From Blastocystis sp. ATCC 50177/Nand II (lineage: Eukaryota): DNA of 64,000 bases. The notes beneath the pieces are model-generated. The model saw nothing but the letters and a program-made list of their open reading frames with translations, did no database searches and was not told the origin of the DNA. The stretch is taken from the NCBI GenBank assembly GCA_039096935.1, contig JBBPEE010000035.1:1-64000 (forward strand). Reading direction: 5' to 3'. The position numbers and the translations under genes were made by a program. This document shows positions 13,400 through 25,720 of this stretch, piece after piece (position 1 is the stretch's first letter; the number at the start of each line of letters is the position of its first letter).

Positions 13400-14241
13400 A
13401 AAAGAGCAACGGCACTCTCCTCGCCAGCAACGCCAGCAACGCCAAGGCGCTCAACCCTCAACCTCAACGGCAAGTCCTGGAATCGCTGCTACCTCGATGC
13501 ATGCTACCACCATCCCGAACTCGCGCGCGGCTTCAGCGTCCTCCTCTGCATGCGCACGTACACTTGGATGCCACTTGGATGCCACTTGGATGCCACTTGG
13601 ATGCCACTTGGATGCCACTTGGATGCCACTTGGATGCCACTTGGATGCTGCCCAACCACCTCTGGACCGGTAAGGAGAACCTCTCCTGGAAGTGTCCCTC
13701 CCGCCGGGACGACGGCACGGGGACCATCGAGCACCACATCCTCTACTGCCCCGCCTACCACGCCGAGCGGCAGGTCATGCTAACCACCATCGCCGCCGCG
13801 GAGGGAGTCGAGGAGAAGCTCCTCCAGCAGGCGCAAGCACTGCAAGCACTGCAAACACTGTGAGAGCATGATGACACCACAGGAAGCACGACTACTACAC
13901 CCCCACCCTCGAGGAACAGTACTGTGCTCTCAACACGCTCTCCACCGCCGCGCCTCCTCTCATGGACAGCGTGCGCTCACCACATGCCAACCAGACCGCC
14001 GCCATGCTCCACATCTATCTTCGACCAACTCTTCTTCACCATCGCCGGCGACGAAACGGAGAGGGTGGGTGATTTGAAGAGGGAGAGGGAACGGATGATG
14101 ACGGCCACCACGGCGCTGGCCACCTTTCTGCAGAACACCAGCAACAAGAGACACCACTTCGTCACCACCTGGCTGCAGGAACTCCGAATGAGGAAGATGC
14201 GAGTGGAATACCAAGAAGTGTTGATTTGAGAGGCGTTTGTT
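13400..14241 (+). mobile_element. Decayed, internally deleted relative of the non-LTR retrotransposon at 19494-23567
   Basis: PATPATP and TLNLNG (APE motif I-like) are fused to CYLDACYHHPELARGF, CPS..TIEHHILYC and ALATFLQNT. These match CYMDAWYQHQELGRGF, CPCC..TLRHYILEC and ELARYLQNT of the intact element. Confidence 0.8.
13561..13648. repeat. Perfect 11-bp tandem repeat (CACTTGGATGC)x8
   Basis: Directly visible. It expands a site inside the decayed retroelement. Confidence 0.95.
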
Positions 14242-15499
14242 GGAAAGGGCACGCACTGAAGATGCACAATAGGTGAATTGCTGGTGAATTGCCGATGCAC
14301 TGCACAGGCACAGCACATGCACAGCACATGCACAGCAGACGTTGACAGAAACATGCGGAAGACAAGCACCAGGAAAGGAACAACGCGAACAACCAAGAAC
14401 ACACGGACAGACTCGAAGTGCAAGACAGGACGGAAAACACACACTCCTCACCCAACACAACAGAGAGACAGCGCAGTCCTCGCACACAACCACGAAGGAA
14501 ACACAGAGTGAACGGCGAAGCGACCCAGAAGAGGAATCAATTATGCAATGCATGCCCATTTCAAATCCAACACAGGAAGGGAAACAACAGCGATTCCCAC
14601 TCCCTGCTCTCCATGCCATGCAGAACCAATCGCAATCTTCATAAACACTTAGTAGATATGCACTGGACAGACAACTCGTTCGAGGAACGAAACGGAGAGG
14701 CAGAGGCATAAACACGCATTCTAGCATTCAATTCTGCTTTTTGAAGTCGATACCATTGCAGATCCCATTCTGGCAGACGAGAGGCAAGCACAATCTGACC
14801 AGTCCACCCACCATCACTTCCTCCCTTCAATTTCCATTTCTCTGCCTCCTCCTAATCCCATTTCTTTTACACATTCCATTGTCACCTCCTACACTCCATT
14901 CCATTCTTTCCATTCCACCTCCATTCCGATTTGATGTTTGATGTCCAATCCATTTCTGCCCTCTCTCCAACCCAGCGTGATCATCAGTCTCCAGTCACTT
15001 CTTTGCAACAAACAATCATTCCAATCTATTTCTGTTATTCTGCTATACCCATTCCACACTCTCGCTTCTCTCTCCATTACACTGACCTCCAACAACTTTC
15101 GCCATTCTCTTCTTCATTATGTTTCACATAGGCTGTCCTTCTCATTCCTGCTCTCCGTTCCATAGGTGGGGGTGCATCGTCAGATACTCTTCAACAACCT
15201 AGTAACCACTTCTACATACGCCTCTCATTCCATTCGTCGTTTCTCATTCGAGACTGAGCGTCTTGTCTCGCCATCCTTCTCAATCGCGATCTGTCTCTGC
15301 GTATTGCACGGCACTGCACGGCACTGCACGGCACTGCACGGCACTGCACGGCACAGCACAGCGCCACAAGACTCCATCACCCATGCTGCCTCTCATTCCA
15401 TCGAACCACCCAGTGAGCAACCCGTCATGACTAACAAGGACCCAACAGCAATCCACACCGAAATCGAAGGACCCTGACGCCAAGAGGGAGGCACGGAAC

Positions 15500-15990
15500 A
15501 TCACAGTTAGCGGCACGGCGCAACTCCACAGAAGGGGGGACAAGACGGAGAACCTCAGCAGCAAGACAGCGCACCTCCACACGATGGTCAGCAAGACAGC
15601 GCACCTCCACAGCACCTTCACAGGATGACCAATGAGATGATACGCCTCCACAGAGTGGTCAGCGGAATGGGGCACCTTTACAGCACAGTCAGCGAGACGG
15701 TGCATCTCCACAAGAAGGGCGAGGAGACAGAGCACCTCCACAGAGTGGTCAGCAAGACGGTGCATCTCCACAGGATGACCAATGACATGGCGTGACTGCA
15801 TAACGTGGCCAGTGAGACGGTACCCGACCACGCGATGGTCAACGAGACGGCGCGATTTCAACAGGACGGCCAGAGAGACGGCGCATCTCAGCAGCACAGT
15901 CAGCGCGGCACACCTCAGAAGAGAGACAGCGCACCTCAACAGGATGACCAGCGACACGGCACACCTCAGCCGGCAACATAGCGCACCTCC
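15500..15990. repeat. 30-bp minisatellite, array 2 (more degenerate)
   Basis: CAGC(A/G)AGAC(A/G)G(C/T)GCA(C/T)CTCCAC units at about 30-bp spacing. Confidence 0.8.
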
Positions 15991-18188
15991 ACAACCGCAC
16001 TCACACGCGATTCGCATAACACCAACAGATCCCTTCCACTAATCAAGCACTCTCTCGCTCTCCATCTTCCCAACCGACAATCAACACCAACAAGGAACAC
16101 AGACTCTGCTTTACCCATCGCAGAACGCGCATACTCCATCTCATGCGAATCCCAATAAGAGTCCCCAACACATGCATTCCCCAGCCATAAAACACCCGGA
16201 AACGAATAACACGCGATTCCAACAACCTCGAGTCCACAAACGCATCTGCCCATAGCCACTATTCTAATCATCAATATCCTCAACCAATGAAACCTTCAAC
16301 GATGGGATAGACAGGGACTGGAGTGGATTCCACGTCCTAACACGTTTCTTCAATTCCGTTATGCGCGTTCAACATCCCTCACTCCACAATTGTTAATCCT
16401 CAACACCAAACAGGACTAGCAACCCTTCCACCAACCAACGCCTCTCGCTCCTCTTCTAACCAATTATCGCAATGCTCCGATCCAACCCATTCCGATTCCG
16501 TTTCTTCTCCTTCTCTCCAACTCTTTTCTGTCCATCAGCCTAACCCAACTCTTACACCCTCTCTATAACAAACACTCTCTTCATAAACCATTCACATCTA
16601 CAACCATTCAACGCCAATTGCTCGCAATTGCTCGCAATCGCGCATCACTCCCTCTCTTCACTTCCCAATACCCTTCCACACAGCCGTCTGTCTTCATTCA
16701 GCAATCACACGCCTCCAATGCAGCAACCATCCTCCTTCAACCAGCAAGCACGCACCTTCAACCTCTAAACCACCTGCCATCCCATCACGCATTCATAACC
16801 ATCCTCTCGAATCCATTCCGCAATCACCCTCACTCGAATGCACTCCACACGCACCCTATTCCACTCGCATCCATCCCAAACGCTCTACCATCTCATTCTC
16901 TCTCCATACAAACCAACATCCCAAATCGCGTTCTCTCATCACCATAGGCATGGAGACAAACTATCGCCAATTTCAATCTTCTCCACATGCACTTCATTTC
17001 ACATCTACAATCCATCCCGCATACTCCTACCCTCCATACCCTTCTCGAACCGCAACAATCCACTCTTCAATCCAGCCACTCTTCCATTCCATCGTCCATC
17101 CTCTTCTCATCCACTCTACAAATCCACTCACACAAACACACCTACTCCCCAATTACCAACTCTACACCCCTTCTCTACATTCCATCCAATTCACATCACC
17201 TTCTCTTCATCCATGCAACACTCCGCTTCACATACACCAACGCAGTCTCTCCATTCGCTCTTCACCTCCAGCCAGTCCCTCTCCTAACCGCCATCCATCT
17301 ATTCATTCAACAAACAATCCAATGCACCTACTAGCCATCCTTTTCAAATACCCTTATGAAGGCCTTCAACACTTTTCCCCCTATGCCAAACTCATTTTTC
17401 ACCAACAACCCATTTTCGAACCACATGCTAGACACACTCCAACCATTCCATACACGGCCTCTTACCCCTCCTTCTTCTCTCCATTCACACAATCACTCAA
17501 ATCCACACACCACTCCTCCACTCTTCTTCTCCCATCCCCTGCTCTCCATCAACACACTTTCAACCGCCATAGGCTCACTCTCGTTTTCAACAAACAACCC
17601 AATTCTATGCTCATTCACATCCTCCATCCCCTCCACATCCATTCCACCCTTCACATGCAACACTCGGTCATTCCAGTCATCAACGAATTCCAGCACATAA
17701 CACAATGCACTGGCATCGTCTCAGTCCTCCAAGGCCATCCCCAATACCATCCCTTCCCAAAACACTCCCATCACGATCACGGTCAGGAGGAGGCATTGGA
17801 CACTCTCCCACTCCCAATCGATACAAGAAGGAATACAGAATCGAATGGGTCAAAGTGCCCAAAACGCGTTTCCATGAATGTACATGTGCCATTTTGCGAT
17901 TCTGGCCATTCTGGGCTTTTCACACCATCATCATGGGGAACAGCAAAGACGCCCGTACAACACACTCTGAGCGCTATGCGACCCCTCCTCGTCGACATTC
18001 CATGAGGCAGGCTCTCCATCTCGTCTTCATAGCAGACGCACTCTCCACGTTGTCTTCATAACACATGCACACACTAGAGAGCAGTTGATGAGTAGATGCA
18101 CTCTCCATCTCGTCTTCATGGCATACGCACGTCGTCTCCACACCACGCACTCTCCACATAACAGCACACGAAGCAGTCAGCACGGCAG

Positions 18189-18292
18189 GACACGCACTCA
18201 TGAGATGGAAGAGAGCGACACAACATGACACGCACTCATGAGATGGAAGAGAGCGACACAGCATGACACGCACTCATGAGATGGAAGAGAGC
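18189..18292. repeat. 38-bp tandem repeat, about 2.7 copies
   Basis: Unit GACACGCACTCATGAGATGGAAGAGAGCGACACA(A/G)CAT. Confidence 0.85.
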
Positions 18293-18833
18293 AACACCCA
18301 GGAGTCACTCATGGACACCAATCTCGCACGGAGGAGAGGATACAGCAGCACGGATGGAGAGAGCATAGCGAACAGCACTCTGGATTCATCATCCACTCCA
18401 CCCAGCTCAGTGAAATCGGCAATCACTCCCTCCTTCTCATAACAACCGCACAGAACGCACAGAATCAACGCTTCCTTTAACTCAGAACAGCAGCAGAGAC
18501 ATACCCGTACCCCTTCCACAACACACCCTTCAAACAGTCCATAGAACACGCGGTGCAGCAAGCAGGACAGTCCTGTATTCAACACGATATCGATGGCCAC
18601 AGAACAGAGAAGATCAACACCAACGCCGATTCATGCCCTCGGAAATAGCCTATACAACTCCCTTCACACGAACATTCACAACCACCAGCACACAATCGAC
18701 CAGCACAGACATAACCCTGCATTCACACCCAACCATCCTCAAAATACGCACAACCTCTTCTCACACATACACCATTCCACCACTTCAAAATCAGCAACAT
18801 TGGACACAGTTTGAAAGAGACGAGTGAAAACGA

Positions 18834-19371
18834 GAGTCTCTTTCCCCCATCCCAAAATCGATTTCTTCATCCTCACACTTTTCTCTCGTTTCATCATCAA
18901 ATCATTTCATATCCCATACTCATTCCATGGATAGAATGAAAGGGTGGGTATAGGGAGTGAGTTGGGATGGAGGAATGGAAAGTGGTACTGAATCGAGTGT
19001 ACTCTCACACACAGCATGGAATAGATAGAATGAGCAGAGGAGGGGTTGCATTGGCTAATCATCGCTTTGGCGAAGATGAGAATAGAATGAGAGAGAGGAA
19101 GGAATGAAATAGAGAATGGTAAAAGGAGAGATCGAAATAGTGTATGTGTGTGGAGAAAGAGCGAGAAGAAGAGGAGCGAGAATCGATCGATCGATTTGCC
19201 CCTGTTCAGAATCGCGTTTGAGGTGACCTCTCCGTTTTCGTTGGAATGTGGTCCATTGAATGTGTGTGAGTGATAGAGTGTGTTAGTGATGGAATTGGGG
19301 TAGATCGTGTGATGAAGGGGTGAGTGTGATTGTGTGAGAAACAAAGAATGAGGAAGGAAAGGAAACCAATG
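18834..19371 (+). repeat. ~540-bp direct repeat, copy 1 (upstream of the retrotransposon ORF)
   Basis: Colinear and highly similar to 24103-24638. Confidence 0.92.
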
Positions 19372-19493
19372 AGAGACGTAGGGCTCGTTGTGGAGTCAAG
19401 AGAGCGTCTCCTCCGACGACCGCCAGAGCAGCGAAGGTCGAGCTCCTTCAGAAGCATAGAAGGAACCCCGTCTACACCATTCAGGGTCCTGGT

Positions 19494-22400
19494 GTGACGG
19501 AAGACGGCTTCGTGACGAGTCTGCGCGAGCTCTTTTCCCCTGTCGCTGTTGCTCCTGCTGTTGCTGCTGCTCCTGCTGCAAGTACCCGCCCGACCAGACA
19601 ACGTGGACGCCAAGCTGGGAAGGGACGGAATACCAGTCCGATGCCAAAGAGAAGGAGGGGTGCAACTCCCGCAACTCCTGCTACTCCTACTCATCCTACT
19701 CCACAACAACCCGCTACTCCACAACCCTCACCAGCAAGAAGGCAACACCCAACAACCACCCAGTGGAGACAACCCGTCCAAGTTGTCATTGCGAACGATT
19801 CCTGGGGCGTGAACACGGGCATGCACACTGCGCGCAAGAAGGAGAAGGTCAAGTGGAGAGTGGCCACCCTCAACGTCAACTCCATCGCGCAGAAGGCGGA
19901 GAGCGTCCGGAAGCTCTGCCTCGACAACAACATCGACGTCTGCGCGCTCCAGGAAACACGCGCCTTCCCTGAGCCCGACCCCTTCCTCGACTCGGAGTAC
20001 AGCGTCGTGAAGATGTGCCCTCCACAGATGGAGCGGGGAACGCTCGGCATCGCCATGCTCATCAAGAAGCCCCTGCTCTGGGGGGTGCTCCCATACTCCA
20101 CCTACAACGACCTCTGGGTGCTCGTCAGCAACAAGACCACCTCCGTCATCTTCGTCTGTGTCTATGTCCCCTGCTGCGACAACCTCATGGCGCTACGAGT
20201 CAAGAACGGCATCCTCACCAAGCTCAGCAAGCGCAGCAATCAGGCGCCTGTCGTTATCATGGGAGACTTCAACCAGCCTCCCACCAATGTCACGACCTGG
20301 TTCCATCAGCGAAAGGTCAATCTCCTGTGGGTGCCCCACAAGGGAGACGCCATCACGCACAAGGGGAGCAGTCAGAGCAAGGGCTCCACCCTGGACTACA
20401 TCCTCGTTCCCGAGAAGGGCGTGCACTACGAGCAGGCCATCGTTCACATGGGCCGGAATGAAACCCTGTCGGACCACTTCTTCGTCTGCGCGTCGCTCTG
20501 GCTGAAGAAGGAGAGCGAGCCTGCTCCAGAACGACCCCGCGTCAATCGCGAGAAGGTGCTGGAGGACTTCTCTGCAGTTACCGATGACCCTCGCTTCCAC
20601 CCCTCCACCTGCGCCAACACCTCCGTCGAGCAGTTCACCGAAGACCTGCTGGACGCCATCACGGAGGAGGGCTTCCTCCTGAAGAAGCGCGAGCTGTTCA
20701 AGCGCAAGATGCGCGTCTTCAACCACCGCGAGGCAACCCTTCTCGCAAAACGACGCACCATCCTCCAACAGCGAAGACAGGGAGGGGAGAAGACGGAGAG
20801 GGACCAGACGGTGCTGAAGAAGTGTCGTCAGCTGCTGCGAAGAGTCACCCACAACCATCGCTTCTCCTTCGCGAGACAACTGGTGCGCACCAGCAAGCGA
20901 AAGCCGGCCGCCTTCTGGAGACACATCGATCAACGCATCGCGGGGTCCCCTCGCAAGCCCCTCATCATTCGGGACCCGTGCACTGGCCAAATCGTCACCC
21001 AGCCGAGACAGGTGGTGGGGGTGTGGAAGAGACACTACACGACCGTTGTCTCCGATGCAAGTGGACGGAGCAAGAACAGACAGTACTGGGAGACGATCCC
21101 TCTGACCCCCAACCCGAACAGCAAGCTGAAGGACAGCGAGGAATGGGACAGTGAGATCACCGAGTATGAGGTGGAGAACGTGGTGATGGCGATGGGCAAC
21201 GGGAAGAGCACGGGCGATGACTGCATTCCTGTGGAGGTCTACAAGAAACTGCTGCGCAACCGCAATAAAACCCTCACCTGCCACATCAACCAGCTGTTCG
21301 ACGGACACATCCCCGAGAGCTTCATGACCTCGCAAGTCATCTCGCTGCACAAGAAGGGCGATCCGATGGACGTGGACAACTACAGAGGCATCAGTCTGAT
21401 GAACGTCATCCTCAAGATCGCCTGTGCCGTGGTGGCCAACCGCATCACCCATGAGGTGGAGACCGACCACCTTCTCACGCCCGCACAGGCCGGCTTCCGT
21501 CCCGAAATGCAGTGCACGGGACACGTGTCCGCCCTGCTGGAGACGATCAACCGCATCCAGAGCAACCTGACGGGAACGGGTCGGAAGTGGTTCCACCAGG
21601 GAGAGCACGCGTGGGTGTGCTTCGTGGACTTCAAGAAGGCATACGACTCGGTCCCTCACGAGGCGCTGCTCTACAAGATGCGCACGATGGGCATCGGCGG
21701 GAAGGTCTACGCCTTCATCGAGAAGCTCTACGCCCACTCCGCCATTGTCGTCAACGCCAACGGCTACACCTCCGAGCCCATTCCTCTGGAGCGTGGGTTG
21801 CGGCAGGGCTGCCCCCTCAGCCCCATCCTCTTCTCTCTCTTCATCAACGACATCCTCCCCGAGTTCACTGAAAGAGAGCCCTGGGAGCCTCCCTACCCCC
21901 ACTTCCTCTTCGCGGATGACCTGTGCATCGTGGGGAGGAATGCGGAGGAGCTGCAGGGATGGATGGACAAGGTGACAGAGTGGGCGAACACGTGGGGCAT
22001 GACCGTCGGACCGGCCAAGTGCGGTGTGATGGTGGTTCCACGCATCGACGCCATGCTGGAGAACCCCTCTCCGAAGAAGTCGAAGAAGGAGCGCTCCTCC
22101 AAGGCGCGCATCAGCGAGGAGGAAAGGATCGCTCTGGAGAAGGAGATCAACGAGAGAGAGTGGATGCTGCAGGGAAATCGTATTCCCGTGGTGAAGGAGT
22201 ACAAGTACCTGGGCGTGGTGATCCGAAACGACCTCAATCGCTCCCGCATGATCGAGGCCCGCATCCTCGCCGCCACCTCCGTCCTCAACCAGATCCAGTA
22301 CCTGCTGATGAACCCCTCCATCCCCGCCTCCCTTCGTGTCCGCATCCTGAAGGTGAAGTGGATCCCCGTCCTCCTGTATGGCGTGCAGGTCTGGGGCGGA

Positions 22401-23567
22401 GTGAAGGAGGATGATGCTCGCGTGCAGCGCCTCGTCAACCGAGCGCTCAGCATGATCCTGCAGGGCTGGTCGGAGAAGAGCGTCTCTACAATGGCGCTGC
22501 TGCTGGAGCTGGGACTGGAGCCCATCCACGTGACGGCCCTCATTCGGAGAATGGACATGTTCCTCAGCGGTCGCTACACCAGCGCCATGCTGCGCAGTCT
22601 CATCGACTCGCGAAAGGCCTTCTCCACCACCCAGCAGACCTTCATCAAAACCACGGAGAGGGTCAGTGGTTCCTTCGTGACCATGATGAAGGAGTTCGAT
22701 CTGGGGGATGAGGCGGTTGACCGGGACCTGGAAGCGAGGGAGCACGCGCGTCTGAACAACCGTTCCAAGAATCAGGAGCGGGAGTTCGTCTGGAAGTACT
22801 ACAACGACGAGCGCGTCCTCGACATGGCGGTGTACACCTGGCTGAAGATGCTGAGTGAGGACAAGACCCTCAGCCTGAAGGAGTACATCTTCCAGGGCTG
22901 CGTGAGGAACCACTGCTACATGGATGCGTGGTACCAGCATCAGGAGCTTGGGAGGGGGTTCCAAGTGATGATGCGCATCCGAGTGGGCGCGTGGGAGCCA
23001 GCATCGAGGCTGAAGAAGAACGGAGGTCTCCTGCGTCACTGCCCCTGCTGTATGAGACGCGGTGGAGAGACCCTTCGCCACTACATCCTGGAGTGCTGGA
23101 CGTTCCGCGAGCAGAGGGAGGTGATGATGAGAAACCTCCGGGAGAGGCTGAACCTAGTGGATGAGGATAAGATTACGGAGTACATCCTGAAGGCGCTGGG
23201 GATGCGGCAGTGGGAGCGCATCGTTCGTCCGGAGGATGAAGAGAAAACTCTGGAGGTAGCTAGGAACAACTACTCTGTGAAAGAGGTTGTGGATGCCCCC
23301 TCCCTGCAAGCCAAGAGGAGCCATAAGCATAAGCTTGTGGTGTCCTTGCAGAAGTGGGAGGGTACGAAGAAGGAACAGATAGAGGATGATGAACGAGAGA
23401 AGGTGACCCTGGCTGCCGTGGAGCTGGCACGGTATTTGCAGAACACCAACCCCATTCGAATGCAGTTGTTGAGGGATTTGCTTGTGGAAAACAACCGCAT
23501 TGGAAGAGGAGGTGCGAGAGGCAGAGCAAGAGCGATAGGGGGCAGAAACGGCAACTCTGAACCGTGA
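19494..23567 (+). CDS. Non-LTR retrotransposon polyprotein: AP endonuclease + reverse transcriptase + C-terminal CCHC finger (first in-frame ATG 19641)
   Basis: APE motifs ATLNVN, CALQET, MGDFN, LDYI, SDH. RT motifs NYRGISL, QAGFR, FVDFKKAYDSV, GLRQGCPLSP, LFADD, YKYLG. CPCC-x8-H-x4-C knuckle. Uninterrupted and intronless. Confidence 0.97.
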   Translation: MTEDGFVTSLRELFSPVAVAPAVAAAPAASTRPTRQRGRQAGKGRNTSPMPKRRRGATPATPATPTHPTPQQPATPQPSPARRQHPTTTQWRQPVQVVIANDSWGVNTGMHTARKKEKVKWRVATLNVNSIAQKAESVRKLCLDNNIDVCALQETRAFPEPDPFLDSEYSVVKMCPPQMERGTLGIAMLIKKPLLWGVLPYSTYNDLWVLVSNKTTSVIFVCVYVPCCDNLMALRVKNGILTKLSKRSNQAPVVIMGDFNQPPTNVTTWFHQRKVNLLWVPHKGDAITHKGSSQSKGSTLDYILVPEKGVHYEQAIVHMGRNETLSDHFFVCASLWLKKESEPAPERPRVNREKVLEDFSAVTDDPRFHPSTCANTSVEQFTEDLLDAITEEGFLLKKRELFKRKMRVFNHREATLLAKRRTILQQRRQGGEKTERDQTVLKKCRQLLRRVTHNHRFSFARQLVRTSKRKPAAFWRHIDQRIAGSPRKPLIIRDPCTGQIVTQPRQVVGVWKRHYTTVVSDASGRSKNRQYWETIPLTPNPNSKLKDSEEWDSEITEYEVENVVMAMGNGKSTGDDCIPVEVYKKLLRNRNKTLTCHINQLFDGHIPESFMTSQVISLHKKGDPMDVDNYRGISLMNVILKIACAVVANRITHEVETDHLLTPAQAGFRPEMQCTGHVSALLETINRIQSNLTGTGRKWFHQGEHAWVCFVDFKKAYDSVPHEALLYKMRTMGIGGKVYAFIEKLYAHSAIVVNANGYTSEPIPLERGLRQGCPLSPILFSLFINDILPEFTEREPWEPPYPHFLFADDLCIVGRNAEELQGWMDKVTEWANTWGMTVGPAKCGVMVVPRIDAMLENPSPKKSKKERSSKARISEEERIALEKEINEREWMLQGNRIPVVKEYKYLGVVIRNDLNRSRMIEARILAATSVLNQIQYLLMNPSIPASLRVRILKVKWIPVLLYGVQVWGGVKEDDARVQRLVNRALSMILQGWSEKSVSTMALLLELGLEPIHVTALIRRMDMFLSGRYTSAMLRSLIDSRKAFSTTQQTFIKTTERVSGSFVTMMKEFDLGDEAVDRDLEAREHARLNNRSKNQEREFVWKYYNDERVLDMAVYTWLKMLSEDKTLSLKEYIFQGCVRNHCYMDAWYQHQELGRGFQVMMRIRVGAWEPASRLKKNGGLLRHCPCCMRRGGETLRHYILECWTFREQREVMMRNLRERLNLVDEDKITEYILKALGMRQWERIVRPEDEEKTLEVARNNYSVKEVVDAPSLQAKRSHKHKLVVSLQKWEGTKKEQIEDDEREKVTLAAVELARYLQNTNPIRMQLLRDLLVENNRIGRGGARGRARAIGGRNGNSEP

Positions 23568-24102
23568 AGCAGCTCAGCTTCGGCAATGCTGATAGTATGA
23601 AGGAGTGTGTTTGTTTTCAAGCAACCATGCATGTAGTAGGACAGCTAGCGACCCTGTTCACATCGAATGTCTCCATACAACACGGATCAGCAGACATCAT
23701 CAATTGCCACTTCAGCTGCTTGCATTAACCGAATGTCATAATAGCCCTTTTCATCATAGTAGTCTTAGAATTACCCATTTCAAGGAGAGAAGCAGAACTG
23801 AGTAGACAAATGCAGTACGAAAACTATGTTTTCTGCCCATTTCCCGTTCCAAATAGAATTCTTCACATACAAACAAAGATCATCGCGATGCCCATCCAAC
23901 TCCATCGGAAAGGAGATTTGAACTCCTCCCAGCCGTATAGCATCACAGAATGCAGTAGAAGAGTTCTCCTGCTAATGCAATTCTGCATCGCCAACTCCTC
24001 CACGATTTGAAGGTACCCCTAGCCTTTCATACGTATAGGCAATCAAACCACACAGAGAACAGGTAGAATAAAGCATAGTCTGAAATCGAGAGTCATGGAA
24101 TC

Positions 24103-24638
24103 GAGTCTCTTTCCCCCATCCCAAAATCGATTTCTTCATCCTCACACTTTTCTCTCGTTTCATCACCAAATCATTTCATATCACACACCCATTCCATGGA
24201 GAGAGTGAAAGGGTGGGTAGAGGGAGTGAGTTGGGATGGAGGAATGGAGAGTGGCACTGAATCGAGTGTACTGTCATACACAGCATGGAATAGATAGAAT
24301 GAGCGGAGGAGGGGTTGCATTGGCTAATCATCGCTTTGGCGAAGATGAGAATAGAATGAGAGAGAGGATGGAATGAAATAGAGAATGGTAAAAGGAGAGA
24401 TCGAAATAGTGTGTGTGTGGAGAAAGAGCGATAAGAAGAGGAGCGAGAATCGATTGATGGATTTGCCCCTGTTCAGAATCGCGTTTGAGGTGACCTCTCC
24501 GTTTTCGTTGTAATGTGGCCCATTGAATGTGTGTGAGTGATAGAGTGTGTTAGTGATGGAATTGGGGTAGATCGTGTGATGAAGGGGTGAGTGTGATTGT
24601 GTGAGAAACAAAGAAAGGAGAAGGAAAGAAAACCAATG
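24103..24638 (+). repeat. ~540-bp direct repeat, copy 2 (downstream of the retrotransposon ORF)
   Basis: Colinear with 18834-19371. Confidence 0.92.
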
Positions 24639-25720
24639 GTAGTGGAATGGGAGCGGTAGAAGTCGTTGTGAGGACGAAATGAGAATGCGCAGACGGCGCC
24701 TGGAATAGGCTGCAGAAACGGTATGTGCCCGCGCGTAGAAGACGAAATCGCATCACAGAATGCTAGCAGTGAAATCCCTACCGCAATTGCGACGAAAGAC
24801 GCGTGGAATCGTCAAATCCAAAGTCAAATCAATTCATGTAGAATAGACAAAGAGGAGGAGATGGAATGGTGAAGGAAAGAATGGAAAGTGGAAACGGAGA
24901 AGATATCTGAACTTCAGAATCTAAGAAAAAAAGAATCCTATCGCCAGAATGAGAATGAAAATGGGCGATGGAATGAAGAAAGAGCTAAAGAAGGTGGGTG
25001 GGAGGCCTATGACGGGTAGATTGCGTGTAGGTAAGTGATGAGCATTGTTTGCTCAAAAAACGCGTCATACAAAAAGAGAAATGCATGTATGAGCGAAGAT
25101 GGTGGGAGGGCGGCGAGAAGAAAACTGGAATGAGGAAATCGATGAAGACGGTGGGAGGGATGCTAAAGGTTTGTGGTGACTAAGGAGTAGAGCAGAAGAG
25201 ATCGACGGCGAGGTCTACGGCCAGAGCGACGGCGAGATCTGCAGCAAGGGCAAGGGCAAGGGCAAGAGCGAGCAAGGAGACAGACGAGGAGACCGACGAG
25301 GGGACCTGCACCCAGAGCAACGGCGAGATCTGCAGCAAGGGCAAGGGCAAGAGCGAGCAAGAAGACCGACGAGGAGACCGACGAGGGGACCTATGGCGAC
25401 AGCGACGGAGACGGCGAGATCTGCACCCAGAACATCGGCGAGAGGAACGGCAAGGCCAACGAGAAGAGCGAGCCAGAAGAGCGGCGTCGAGACCTACCCG
25501 AGTGGGGGGGAGACCCTCGCGTCAGAGACCAGACGGACTCGTGGACTCGTGGGATCTGAGGGACCAGAGGACCCGGGGACTGAAGGGATACGCGAGTGGT
25601 GAAGAACCCACGGTAGGGCAAGACGAGAGCGAGGGGCGAGACGAGAGCGACGAAGCGAGCTTGATGGAGCAAGGGAAGAGCGGAGTCTGGAGGACGAAAC
25701 AAGTCTGGTGAAATAAGCCT

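Noticed and set aside
16618..18005. His/Pro/Ser-rich ORFs up to 351 aa
   Set aside because: Extremely G-poor low-complexity DNA with no coding signature.
20193..23081. 962-aa antisense ORF
   Set aside because: Shadow of the GC3-biased retrotransposon ORF; no motifs.
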